A program made the position numbers and the translations under genes. A stretch of DNA of 64,000 nucleotides from NCBI GenBank assembly GCA_043757405.1, contig JAYVPI010000016.1:15623-79622 (forward strand), in the 5' to 3' direction. The notes beneath the pieces are model-generated. The model searched no databases. It had not been told where the DNA came from and was given only the letters and a program-made list of their open reading frames with translations. The DNA comes from Alphaproteobacteria bacterium (lineage in GTDB: Bacteria; Pseudomonadota; Alphaproteobacteria; Rickettsiales; 21-14-0-20-44-7). Below, in pieces: positions 48,728-56,993 of the stretch. Numbering within the stretch: the stretch's first letter is position 1; the number at the start of each line of letters is the position of its first letter.

Positions 48728-49879
48728 ATGAAATTTTTAGGCGTAATAGAAACCGAAGATACAAGAGGCTTTGTCAAAAAAGTGGCAGAGCAGCTTGGTT
48801 TTGCCGATCCGGCAATTATCGTCGGGTCGCCCAAGGATGCTGCCGCCTATATAGAAAAAACCGGAATCTCACCACATTATATTTTGATCGAATTAGCCGC
48901 CAAAGCATTGGAAATATTGCCGGAGCTGGATACATTGGCCGAACATTGCGACGCCAACACAAAAGTTATTACAATTGGCGAGGTCAACGACTTGAGCTTC
49001 TATCGCCAATTGTTAGCACGCGGCGTGATCGAATATTTCGTCAAACCGGTAAATGTCGGCGATATTAAAGATGCATATTTCAAAGGCCCGAAAGAACATA
49101 ATTCCAAGAAGAATGATGTTCAAGGCCGGGTGATTTCCGTAATGTCCGCAGCTTCGGGCGACGGCGCGACGACAATTGCGTTGAATACCGGCTATTTATT
49201 AGCTTCGGAATTGAAGCAGAAAACGGTGATCGTGGATATGGATTACCAATTCGGCATGTTGGCGCGTAACCTGGATTTGACCGCAAGCTATGGTTTGAAA
49301 GAGCTTTATGAACATCCGGAAGGCTCGATCGATTTGACCTTGCTGGAAAAAACATTAGTGCCGTTCAAAGACAATTTGCATATTATCGCTGCTCCGAAGG
49401 CGTTGAAATTCATGCCGGAAATCAGCACGAATATGATAGCCAACCTGATATTCATCCTCCGCCAGCGCTTCAATTATGTATTGCTGGATCTGCCGCATAC
49501 ATGGAGCGAATGGATGGCATCAGTTGTGAAAGAGGCTGATCATAATTTGATGGTGGCGCAGTTGTGGCTGAAATCAGCAACCCACTCGGCGCGTTTGTTA
49601 GATGCATTACAGGGAATGGGTGTTTCCCATAATAAATCATCGATTGTAATCAACCGCAGCGGCTCCAAATTCAAGGAAGCAATTACGCCGGCGGATTTTG
49701 CAATGGCTTGCAAGAAGAAGGTTAATTATTACATCTCCAACGACTCTAAAACTATTACATCTGCTGAGAACCAGGGCAGGGCGGCGATCGAGGCCGGAAG
49801 CTCTATATTAAACCGCCAGTTCATGGAAATCGCCAAGGGGCTGATGTCGCTAAACTCTAACAAATCGGATGACGAATAA
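48728..49879 (+). CDS. cpaE: CpaE/TadZ pilus-localisation protein (receiver-like N-domain + MinD/ParA-like domain)
   Basis: Domain order and operon position fit. The P-loop reads SAASGDGATT where the usual form is KGGxGxS/T. A GTG at 48722 is an alternative start. Confidence 0.75.
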   Translation: MKFLGVIETEDTRGFVKKVAEQLGFADPAIIVGSPKDAAAYIEKTGISPHYILIELAAKALEILPELDTLAEHCDANTKVITIGEVNDLSFYRQLLARGVIEYFVKPVNVGDIKDAYFKGPKEHNSKKNDVQGRVISVMSAASGDGATTIALNTGYLLASELKQKTVIVDMDYQFGMLARNLDLTASYGLKELYEHPEGSIDLTLLEKTLVPFKDNLHIIAAPKALKFMPEISTNMIANLIFILRQRFNYVLLDLPHTWSEWMASVVKEADHNLMVAQLWLKSATHSARLLDALQGMGVSHNKSSIVINRSGSKFKEAITPADFAMACKKKVNYYISNDSKTITSAENQGRAAIEAGSSILNRQFMEIAKGLMSLNSNKSDDE

Positions 49880-51432
49880 TGTTTGGGAAGAAAAGCAACG
49901 GCACGGGAAATACAGTTTCAGGCAGGCCAGAAGCCCCAGCGCCCGATCAAATGCCAATTAAGCCGATGATGCCACCAGTTGCGGGTATGAATGGTGTTAA
50001 TGGCGTGAATGGTACTAACAGCGCGGCGCTGCATAATGGCTTGAACGGCAAAAACGGGCATAAAGTTGAACCAATAGCCGAAATGAAATTGCCGGCAATG
50101 TTCCAGACCAACCAGGAATCCGTGCGTGAAAAATTGATTTATACGGATCAGAAACTGGAAACAGAAGCATATCGCCGCGCTAAACAGCAGGTGTTTGATT
50201 CATTAGTGGAGAAGTTCAATTTCAACGCTTTGAACCAATTGCCGCGTGAGCAGCAGATTGAAAGGATTAACCAGGCGACACAGAAGCTGATTAATGAAAT
50301 GTCTTTGCCACTCAACTCCTCGCAGATTGATTTGCTGCGGGCGCAGATTATTGACGATACGCGTGGTTTCGGCCCACTGGAGAAAGTTCTTCATGATCCG
50401 GATATCGCCGATATCATGATCAACACCGCCAAACAGGTTTATGTGGAGAAGAAGGGTAAGATCTATATGACGGATCTGACATTTGCCAGTGAATCGCAGC
50501 TTTTGAACATTATCCAAAAAATCGTCAGCACGGTCGGACGCCGGGTTGATGAATCCAGCCCGATGGTGGATGCGCGTATGCCGGACGGTTCGCGTTTCAA
50601 CGCGATTATCCCGCCTTTGGCGATTGACGGGGCTTTGGTTTCGATTCGTAAATTCAAGAAAAGCAAAATGGCTTTGGAAGATTATATCGGCCACGGCTCC
50701 ATGTCGGAGAATATGTGCCGGTTCTTGCGTGTTTGCGCGGCGTCAAGGGCCAGTATCATTGTTTCCGGCGGTACCGGTTCCGGTAAGACTACTTTGCTTA
50801 ACGCTCTTTCCGCCTTCATCGATACGGGTGAGCGGGTGATTACGATTGAGGATGCGGCAGAGTTGCAATTGAAGCAGCCACACGTATTGCGTTTAGAGAC
50901 CCGTCCGGCCAATATTGAGGGTATCGGTTCCATTGACCAACGCGCATTGCTTAAAAACGCCCTGCGTATGCGTCCAGACCGGATCATCCTCGGTGAGATC
51001 AGGGGTGATGAGGTTATTGACGTATTACAGGCGATGAATACCGGCCACGAAGGTTCGATGGCTACTATCCACGCCAACACGCCACGCGACAGTTTAGCGC
51101 GTATTGAGAATTTGTGCAGTATGTCAGGGGTTGCTATTGGCGCCCAGGCGCTCCGCCAGCAGATTACCAGCGCGATTAACCTGGTCGTCCAGATTGCCAG
51201 GATGCGCGATGGTGTGCGCCGGATTACCAGTATTACTGAGGTGGTTAAGGTTGAGACCGATACTATCCTGATGCAGGAGCTGTATTCGTTTGAACCTGGC
51301 CCTATGGGCCCGGACGGGAAGCTTACCGGACGCTACAGATGCCATAAAATCAGGCCTACTTTCAGCCAACAGGTTGATTATTTCGGTTTATTGAAGGAAT
51401 TGGAGCGTTCTTTGGAGTTTACGACGCAATAA
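49879..51432 (+). CDS. cpaF: Tad pilus secretion ATPase CpaF/TadA
   Basis: Walker A GGTGSGKTTLLNAL, Asp/His boxes, a low-complexity N-terminal extension. TAATG overlap with cpaE. Confidence 0.95.
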   Translation: MFGKKSNGTGNTVSGRPEAPAPDQMPIKPMMPPVAGMNGVNGVNGTNSAALHNGLNGKNGHKVEPIAEMKLPAMFQTNQESVREKLIYTDQKLETEAYRRAKQQVFDSLVEKFNFNALNQLPREQQIERINQATQKLINEMSLPLNSSQIDLLRAQIIDDTRGFGPLEKVLHDPDIADIMINTAKQVYVEKKGKIYMTDLTFASESQLLNIIQKIVSTVGRRVDESSPMVDARMPDGSRFNAIIPPLAIDGALVSIRKFKKSKMALEDYIGHGSMSENMCRFLRVCAASRASIIVSGGTGSGKTTLLNALSAFIDTGERVITIEDAAELQLKQPHVLRLETRPANIEGIGSIDQRALLKNALRMRPDRIILGEIRGDEVIDVLQAMNTGHEGSMATIHANTPRDSLARIENLCSMSGVAIGAQALRQQITSAINLVVQIARMRDGVRRITSITEVVKVETDTILMQELYSFEPGPMGPDGKLTGRYRCHKIRPTFSQQVDYFGLLKELERSLEFTTQ

Positions 51433-51489
51433 TTGCTTGAATTTTGGGGCCTTGGACATTAAGCTTTGAAAAGAATTTAAAGAGAGATT

Positions 51490-52449
51490 ATGGACAGCCC
51501 TTTAGTAATTGTAGTTATCGCTTTTGTCGTTTTCGTCGTGGTACTTGTAGTTTTGAACAAGATATTTGCCGACCGCCGGGCGAAATATAAAAAGAGAACC
51601 CTTGAAAGCATCGTTCGCGATGTTGATTACCAGAGCACGGAAGCATCAACTTTTGTCGATGATTATTTAGATAAATTTGGTGAATCGATGGCGGGTACGC
51701 CGGTTCTTGGAAATATTTATCGCAAATTGGTACGCAGCGGCTCTAATTTCAGCCTGGGGACGTATCTTGGGCTGTTATTGTTGATAGGCGTGGCTGTCAC
51801 ATATGCGGTGTTTGTAATGTTCCACGGGCTTATTGTTGCCATTCCGGCCGGGATTATCGCGGTGCTGTTTTTCAACAATGTCTATATCGGTATGAAGTTG
51901 GACAAGCGTAACCTGCAATTTCTCAACGATTTTCCGGATGCGATCGATATGATCGTGCGCAGTATCAGATCCGGCCACCCGCTTTTGGCTTCGTTAAAAC
52001 TTATCGCGGTTAATTCACGCCCGCCACTTTCCGTTGAATTCCAGCGCGTTATCGATGAAGTTTCATATGGCCGCCCAATGCCGGAAGCTTTGCGCAAAAT
52101 GGCTGACCGTATCGGTATTCTGGATGTTAATTTCTTCGTCGTTATTCTTTCGGTGCAGCAGGAAACCGGCGGCAGTATGGCTGAGGTTCTAACTAATCTT
52201 TCCACTATTATCCGTAAACGCAAGCAGCTTAACTTGAAAATCCGTGCGCTTACTTCTGAGGGCAGGATCACCACCAAAATATTTTCCGCTATTCCGTTTT
52301 TCCAAATGGGCGCAGTTTATATATTTAGCCGGGATTATCTTGATCCGCTGTTCAATACTTCGACCGGCAATATGTGGCTGGCAATCGCGTGCAGCATGAT
52401 CGCATTGGCGATTTATATCGCGCGGCAATTATGTAAAATGGATATTTAA
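51490..52449 (+). CDS. tadB: Tad pilus inner-membrane platform protein TadB
   Basis: T2SS-F-like domain (FPDAIDMIVRSIRSGHPL) and operon position. Confidence 0.85.
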   Translation: MDSPLVIVVIAFVVFVVVLVVLNKIFADRRAKYKKRTLESIVRDVDYQSTEASTFVDDYLDKFGESMAGTPVLGNIYRKLVRSGSNFSLGTYLGLLLLIGVAVTYAVFVMFHGLIVAIPAGIIAVLFFNNVYIGMKLDKRNLQFLNDFPDAIDMIVRSIRSGHPLLASLKLIAVNSRPPLSVEFQRVIDEVSYGRPMPEALRKMADRIGILDVNFFVVILSVQQETGGSMAEVLTNLSTIIRKRKQLNLKIRALTSEGRITTKIFSAIPFFQMGAVYIFSRDYLDPLFNTSTGNMWLAIACSMIALAIYIARQLCKMDI

Positions 52450-52458
52450 GGTTAAGTT

Positions 52459-53403
52459 ATGGGCAGTTTAGTATTTATCGGCGTCTTTTTGGTAGTTTTC
52501 TTCATCACCATTCGTATGGGATTGAGCTTTTCAACGGAAAGCAAGTTCAACAAAAAGCGGGTTGCGGGATTGGCGGATACGGAAGATTCGTTTGCAGAAT
52601 TGCACCAGGGTTTTGGGAAAGAAAAAAGCGGGATGGCGGCGGCGATGGAAAATATCGTCGGCGGGTTCCGCAAGACCGATCCGGAAGATAACGAGCTTTC
52701 GTTGAAGCTTTACCGCGCCGGTATCGCTTCGCCAAATGCACCGGCATATTATTTGTTTTTCTCTAGCTTCGGCTGGCTTATCGGCCTTGGTGTTATGTTC
52801 CTCTTTTATAAGGTCGGCATGCAGAATCCTACATTCAAGCTCCCATTCATCCTGGTGGGTTTGATTATTGCTATTCTAGCTACATTCGGTGCGCCGCTTT
52901 ATGTCAAAAACTCTACTGATAAACGTCAAAAAATTCTTCTGCGCTCATTCCCCGATACTCTTGATTTGATGCTGGTTTGCGTTGAGTCTGGTTTGGCACT
53001 TGATGCCGCACTGGCACGAGTTTGTAAGGAATTGAAATTCGCGCATCCGGAAATGACTGAAGAATTGAACCGTACGCGGATCGAATTGACGATGTTGAAT
53101 GACCGTGAGAAGGCTTTGAGCAATTTTGCCAAGAGGACGGATTTGATCGCGGTTAAATCTTTGGTGGCGGCGTTGCTGCAATCTGAGAAATTTGGTACCA
53201 GCTTGGTGGAAACCTTGCGCGTTCTCTCTGATGATTACCGCCAAACGCGGATGATGCTTGCGGAAGAGAAAGCAGGTAAATTGCCGACAAAAATCACTGT
53301 AGCGACGATCCCGTTCATGATCGCGGCGTTGTTGATATTGATTGCTACACCAGCAATTATCCGCGCTGGCGATGTTATGCATAAGAGCAGTTTAAATAAA
53401 TAA
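52459..53403 (+). CDS. tadC: Tad pilus inner-membrane platform protein TadC
   Basis: T2SS-F-like domain (FPDTLDLMLVCVESGLAL) and operon position. Confidence 0.85.
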   Translation: MGSLVFIGVFLVVFFITIRMGLSFSTESKFNKKRVAGLADTEDSFAELHQGFGKEKSGMAAAMENIVGGFRKTDPEDNELSLKLYRAGIASPNAPAYYLFFSSFGWLIGLGVMFLFYKVGMQNPTFKLPFILVGLIIAILATFGAPLYVKNSTDKRQKILLRSFPDTLDLMLVCVESGLALDAALARVCKELKFAHPEMTEELNRTRIELTMLNDREKALSNFAKRTDLIAVKSLVAALLQSEKFGTSLVETLRVLSDDYRQTRMMLAEEKAGKLPTKITVATIPFMIAALLILIATPAIIRAGDVMHKSSLNK

Positions 53404-53411
53404 GCTGTGAT

Positions 53412-54755
53412 GTGACAGCTATTTCGGGTCTTGAATTCCACAATAAATTTTCCGGGCTTGGTGAAGCGTTTTTGACGCGGCTGGAGCCGACAGGCTTTTC
53501 CAATCCATTTTTAGTTAATTTTAACCCTGACGCTGCAAAACTGGTTGGGTTGGATAAGTTTGAAATCGAGTATTTCTGCGGTAATAAACTGATTCCGGGC
53601 GGGGATTATTTGGCGAGCGTTTATTCCGGCCACCAATTTGGCCATTATGTGCCGCAACTAGGCGATGGACGCGCCATTATGATCGGGGAAGTCAATGGCT
53701 GGGAAATGCAGCTTAAAGGCTCTGGGAAGACTCCTTATTCGCGTTTTGGCGATGGCCGGGCGGTGTTGCGGTCATCGATCCGTGAATATCTGTGCTCGGA
53801 GGCGATGCATAATTTGGGTATCCCGACTACGCGGGCTTTGTGCATTATCGGTTCGGATGAAGATGTGCAGCGTGAAACGGTGGAAAAGGCGGCAATGTTG
53901 ACGCGGCTTTCACCCAGCCATATACGCTTTGGGCATTTTGAGTATTTTTATTATACCGGCCAGCATCCGCAATTGCGGGAATTGGCGGATTTCACGATAA
54001 ATAATTATTATTCCGGCTGCGATTATGAGGGGTTTTTTGAGCAAGTGGTTTTGCGAACTGCGGCGCTGATCGCCAAATGGCAGGCGGCGGGATTTGCACA
54101 CGGGGTGATGAATACGGATAATATGTCGATATTGGGCCTGACGATTGATTATGGGCCGTTTGGGTTTATGGAGGCGTATGAGCCGGGGTATATTTGTAAC
54201 CACTCTGACCATAGTGGGCGCTATGCGTTTGATCAGCAGCCTTATATCGGCCTGTGGAATTTGCATGCATTGGCTCAGGCTTTATCGCCGTTAGTTAAGA
54301 TGGATAGGGCGGGGGAGATTTTGCAGAAATACCAGCCGGAATTTATCCGAGAATATGAGAGGCTTATGTTTGATAAGCTGGGAGTGGAGAATGGTGACAA
54401 ACAACTGATTGCTGAGTTGCTTGGATTATTGGAAAAGAATCGTCTCGATTATACAAATTTCTTCCGCCAATTGGCTTTGGGCGGAGATGGAGGGAAGGGT
54501 TTTGAGGATTGGTATGGTAAGTATAATAAACTGCAACCTAACCGGAAATTGATGCTTGAGAACAATCCGAAATATATATTGCGGAATTATATGGCGGAAA
54601 ATGCGATTAAAGAGGCGAATAATGGCAATTATGGTGAAATAACCAGGCTATTGGAGTTGTTGAGGCGGCCATATGACGAACAGCCGGAAAATGAGGATTA
54701 TGCCCAAAACTCGCCGGAATGGTCTAAGGATTTAGAGGTAAGCTGTTCATCCTAA
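53412..54755 (+). CDS. selO: Protein adenylyltransferase SelO (YdiU/UPF0061)
   Basis: YSGHQFGHYVPQLGDGRA, GDGRAVLRSSIREYL, HGVMNTDNMSILGLTIDYGPFGF and the C-terminal LEVSCSS. GTG start 8 nt after the tadC stop. Confidence 0.9.
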   Translation: MTAISGLEFHNKFSGLGEAFLTRLEPTGFSNPFLVNFNPDAAKLVGLDKFEIEYFCGNKLIPGGDYLASVYSGHQFGHYVPQLGDGRAIMIGEVNGWEMQLKGSGKTPYSRFGDGRAVLRSSIREYLCSEAMHNLGIPTTRALCIIGSDEDVQRETVEKAAMLTRLSPSHIRFGHFEYFYYTGQHPQLRELADFTINNYYSGCDYEGFFEQVVLRTAALIAKWQAAGFAHGVMNTDNMSILGLTIDYGPFGFMEAYEPGYICNHSDHSGRYAFDQQPYIGLWNLHALAQALSPLVKMDRAGEILQKYQPEFIREYERLMFDKLGVENGDKQLIAELLGLLEKNRLDYTNFFRQLALGGDGGKGFEDWYGKYNKLQPNRKLMLENNPKYILRNYMAENAIKEANNGNYGEITRLLELLRRPYDEQPENEDYAQNSPEWSKDLEVSCSS

Positions 54756-54764
54756 AGCTTTAAA

Positions 54765-54830
54765 CGTCATTCTGCGACTAGATTGCAGGATCTATTCGAG
54801 GAGATCCTATGGTCAAGCCATAGGATGACG
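54765..54830. repeat. Family A nested-palindrome element
   Basis: CGTCATTCTGCGACTAGATTGCAGGATC ... GATCCTATGGTCAAGCCATAGGATGACG. Confidence 0.8.
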
Positions 54831-54879
54831 TATATGATGAAGGTCACAAATTTGAAATAATAATGCGGTATAATAAGGC

Positions 54880-55191
54880 ATGAATAAATGCAGGCGATAT
54901 CTGGGCTTAACGGGGTTGTTGGCTATTTCCGGTTGTACTGCGCCTAATGCTATGCTTCCCGGCCCATTATTCTCCAGTAACTTCCCGCCGCCAGGGCCGC
55001 CGAATTATCAGCAGGGTATGCTGGACGGCTGCCGGACTGCGATTGGTGCATCGGCGAGCGGCTTTTATGCCCTGCTTTATAACAAAGTTTATTACGACGT
55101 CGATAAGGCGATTAACGATACGGTTTACTATAAAGCTTGGAAAGACTCTTATTTTTATTGCAAATATGAACATGATAAAGGCCCAGAATAG
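54880..55191 (+). CDS. Small lipoprotein, GWxDGC family, array member 1
   Basis: Lipobox LAISGC. FPPPGPPNYQQGMLDGCRTA ... YYKAWKDSYFYC. Confidence 0.75.
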   Translation: MNKCRRYLGLTGLLAISGCTAPNAMLPGPLFSSNFPPPGPPNYQQGMLDGCRTAIGASASGFYALLYNKVYYDVDKAINDTVYYKAWKDSYFYCKYEHDKGPE

Positions 55192-55507
55192 TTATATTTT
55201 TCGTGGCTGGTTGGTTTCGCTGGTATTGTTGCTTGCCGGTTGTTTCAATCCGTTGACGGATCCGCATCCGCTTTTGCTGGAAACGGAGGTAAATACCGGG
55301 CCGCCAGAATATCGGCAAGGTTATCATGATGGCTGCCGCTCGGCGATGGCGGCTTATGGTACTTCATATATGAAAACGGTTTATAAGATTAACAAACAGG
55401 CGCAATATGCGACTAGCCGCATGTATAACCAGGCGTGGAAAGATTCCTGGAATTATTGCTACATGTCGATATTCATGATTCGCCAGGATGATGACTCACT
55501 ATTATGA
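55166..55507 (+). CDS. Small lipoprotein, GWxDGC family, array member 2
   Basis: Lipobox LLLAGC. TGPPEYRQGYHDGCRSA ... YNQAWKDSWNYC. The start (55166 or 55172) overlaps the end of member 1. Confidence 0.7.
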   Translation: MNMIKAQNSYIFRGWLVSLVLLLAGCFNPLTDPHPLLLETEVNTGPPEYRQGYHDGCRSAMAAYGTSYMKTVYKINKQAQYATSRMYNQAWKDSWNYCYMSIFMIRQDDDSLL

Positions 55508-56037
55508 TGAAATTTAAAAGTTTGATTTTCGTTATCTTACTAACCGCCTGTAATCTTGGCGGCGCTGAAATTCGACCTCTGAACCCTCCGTTTATGCCGC
55601 CCCCTCCTGAGGGCGGGCCGCAGGAATTCCAGCAGGGCTGGCGCGATGGTTGCGATACTGGTATGGCGCAACATGGTACGGATATTTATCGTTCGGCATA
55701 TGGTTTTAAACAGGACCCTACACAGGTAATGAACCCGATTTATTATAAGGCCTGGAAAGACGGGGAGAATTATTGCCGTTCTTATATTTATGAATATACG
55801 ATGCGCAGCACTCAGATTTATTGCTCAGTTGACGGCTTGGTCAATGATTGCGCCGATACGCAAAATATTCCCGGGCCGTTCATGGGCGGTAAAACCGGTG
55901 ATCAAATCGGCGGTGGATTATTTGGCGGCGGTGGCGGTGCAGGCTCAGGCGTAGGGGCGCTGATGGGCGGGGGCGGGGATAGTGCCCCGGGATTTGGCGG
56001 CGGTGTTGATGAAGGGTCTATTTTTGGTAACTGGTGA
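55504..56037 (+). CDS. Small lipoprotein, GWxDGC family, array member 3 (with Gly-rich C-terminal tail)
   Basis: Lipobox ILLTAC. GGPQEFQQGWRDGCDTG ... YYKAWKDGENYC. ATGA overlap with member 2. About 60 aa of GGGG-rich tail. Confidence 0.75.
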   Translation: MMKFKSLIFVILLTACNLGGAEIRPLNPPFMPPPPEGGPQEFQQGWRDGCDTGMAQHGTDIYRSAYGFKQDPTQVMNPIYYKAWKDGENYCRSYIYEYTMRSTQIYCSVDGLVNDCADTQNIPGPFMGGKTGDQIGGGLFGGGGGAGSGVGALMGGGGDSAPGFGGGVDEGSIFGNW

Positions 56038-56327
56038 TGCGTAAATTATTTTTGATACCTGTATTGGCTTTGTCCTCATGCGCTTTCGGGGGCTCATCCC
56101 CACTATTCATGAATGTCGATCAACCAGGGCCGCCGGAATATAAGGCGGGGTGGAAAGATGGCTGCCAGAGCGGATTGGCGACTTATGGTTCAGTGTTTTA
56201 TAAGGCGCAATATAGTTTTTACCAAAATTACTCAATGATGAATAACCCGGCTTATGTCGCGGCGTGGCACGAATCATTCGATTATTGCCGCCATTATAAC
56301 CTCAAATGGTTCACCCAGGATAATTGA
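56037..56327 (+). CDS. Small lipoprotein, GWxDGC family, array member 4
   Basis: Lipobox LALSSC. PGPPEYKAGWKDGCQSG ... YVAAWHESFDYC. TGATG overlap with member 3. Confidence 0.75.
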   Translation: MRKLFLIPVLALSSCAFGGSSPLFMNVDQPGPPEYKAGWKDGCQSGLATYGSVFYKAQYSFYQNYSMMNNPAYVAAWHESFDYCRHYNLKWFTQDN

Positions 56328-56653
56328 TGAGAATATTATTATTTTTGCCGTTATTTGTTTTGGCTTCATGCTCTATGGATGCGGATTCATTCTTTGCACC
56401 ACGTCCAATTTTCGCTAAAATCAATGGTGATCAGCTGACAAAAGATTTTCCGCCGGATAGTAAACAGGGCTGGAAAGATGGCTGTGAGAGCGGTTATGCG
56501 GTTTATGGTACGAATGTGTATAAGTCTTTTTATGGTTTCAAACGTGATACGACCAAAGTTGGCAATTACGGTTATGAAACTGAGTGGTACAACGGCTATA
56601 ACTGGTGCCGCCAAAATGCCAATACTACGGTCAACCAAAATATATTTTGGTAA
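56327..56653 (+). CDS. Small lipoprotein, GWxDGC family, array member 5
   Basis: Lipobox FVLASC. FPPDSKQGWKDGCESG ... YETEWYNGYNWC. TGATG overlap with member 4. Confidence 0.75.
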   Translation: MRILLFLPLFVLASCSMDADSFFAPRPIFAKINGDQLTKDFPPDSKQGWKDGCESGYAVYGTNVYKSFYGFKRDTTKVGNYGYETEWYNGYNWCRQNANTTVNQNIFW

Positions 56654-56746
56654 TTGCCGCAAGAGGTATAGGGCAGTAAACTGGTGAGGTGGGGAGAAGG
56701 GCCCTCAGATGTAACGGTTTAAGATAAGATGCGAACATCCTCACAT

Positions 56747-56848
56747 CGTCATTGCGAGTCCCAGCCTTCGCTGGGATAAACTCCGCGCGGCAATCCAGGG
56801 TCGCAGTCTGTGACCCTGGATTGCCGCGCCTAAAGGCTCGCAATGACG
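56747..56848. repeat. Family A nested-palindrome element
   Basis: CGTCATTGCGAGTCCCAGCCTTCGCTGGG ... GGCAATCCAGGGTC..GACCCTGGATTGCC ... CTCGCAATGACG. Confidence 0.85.
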
Positions 56849-56993
56849 GGGCTAGTTAGATGCACATATATTATTATAAATCGCTATAGATAGCAAAGTA
56901 GCAGGGAATATTTTGGGACTTAACGGTGAATAAATAACGGAATAAGGATTTTTACTTATATCAATATAATTAGACCCAGATAATATTGGCTGC

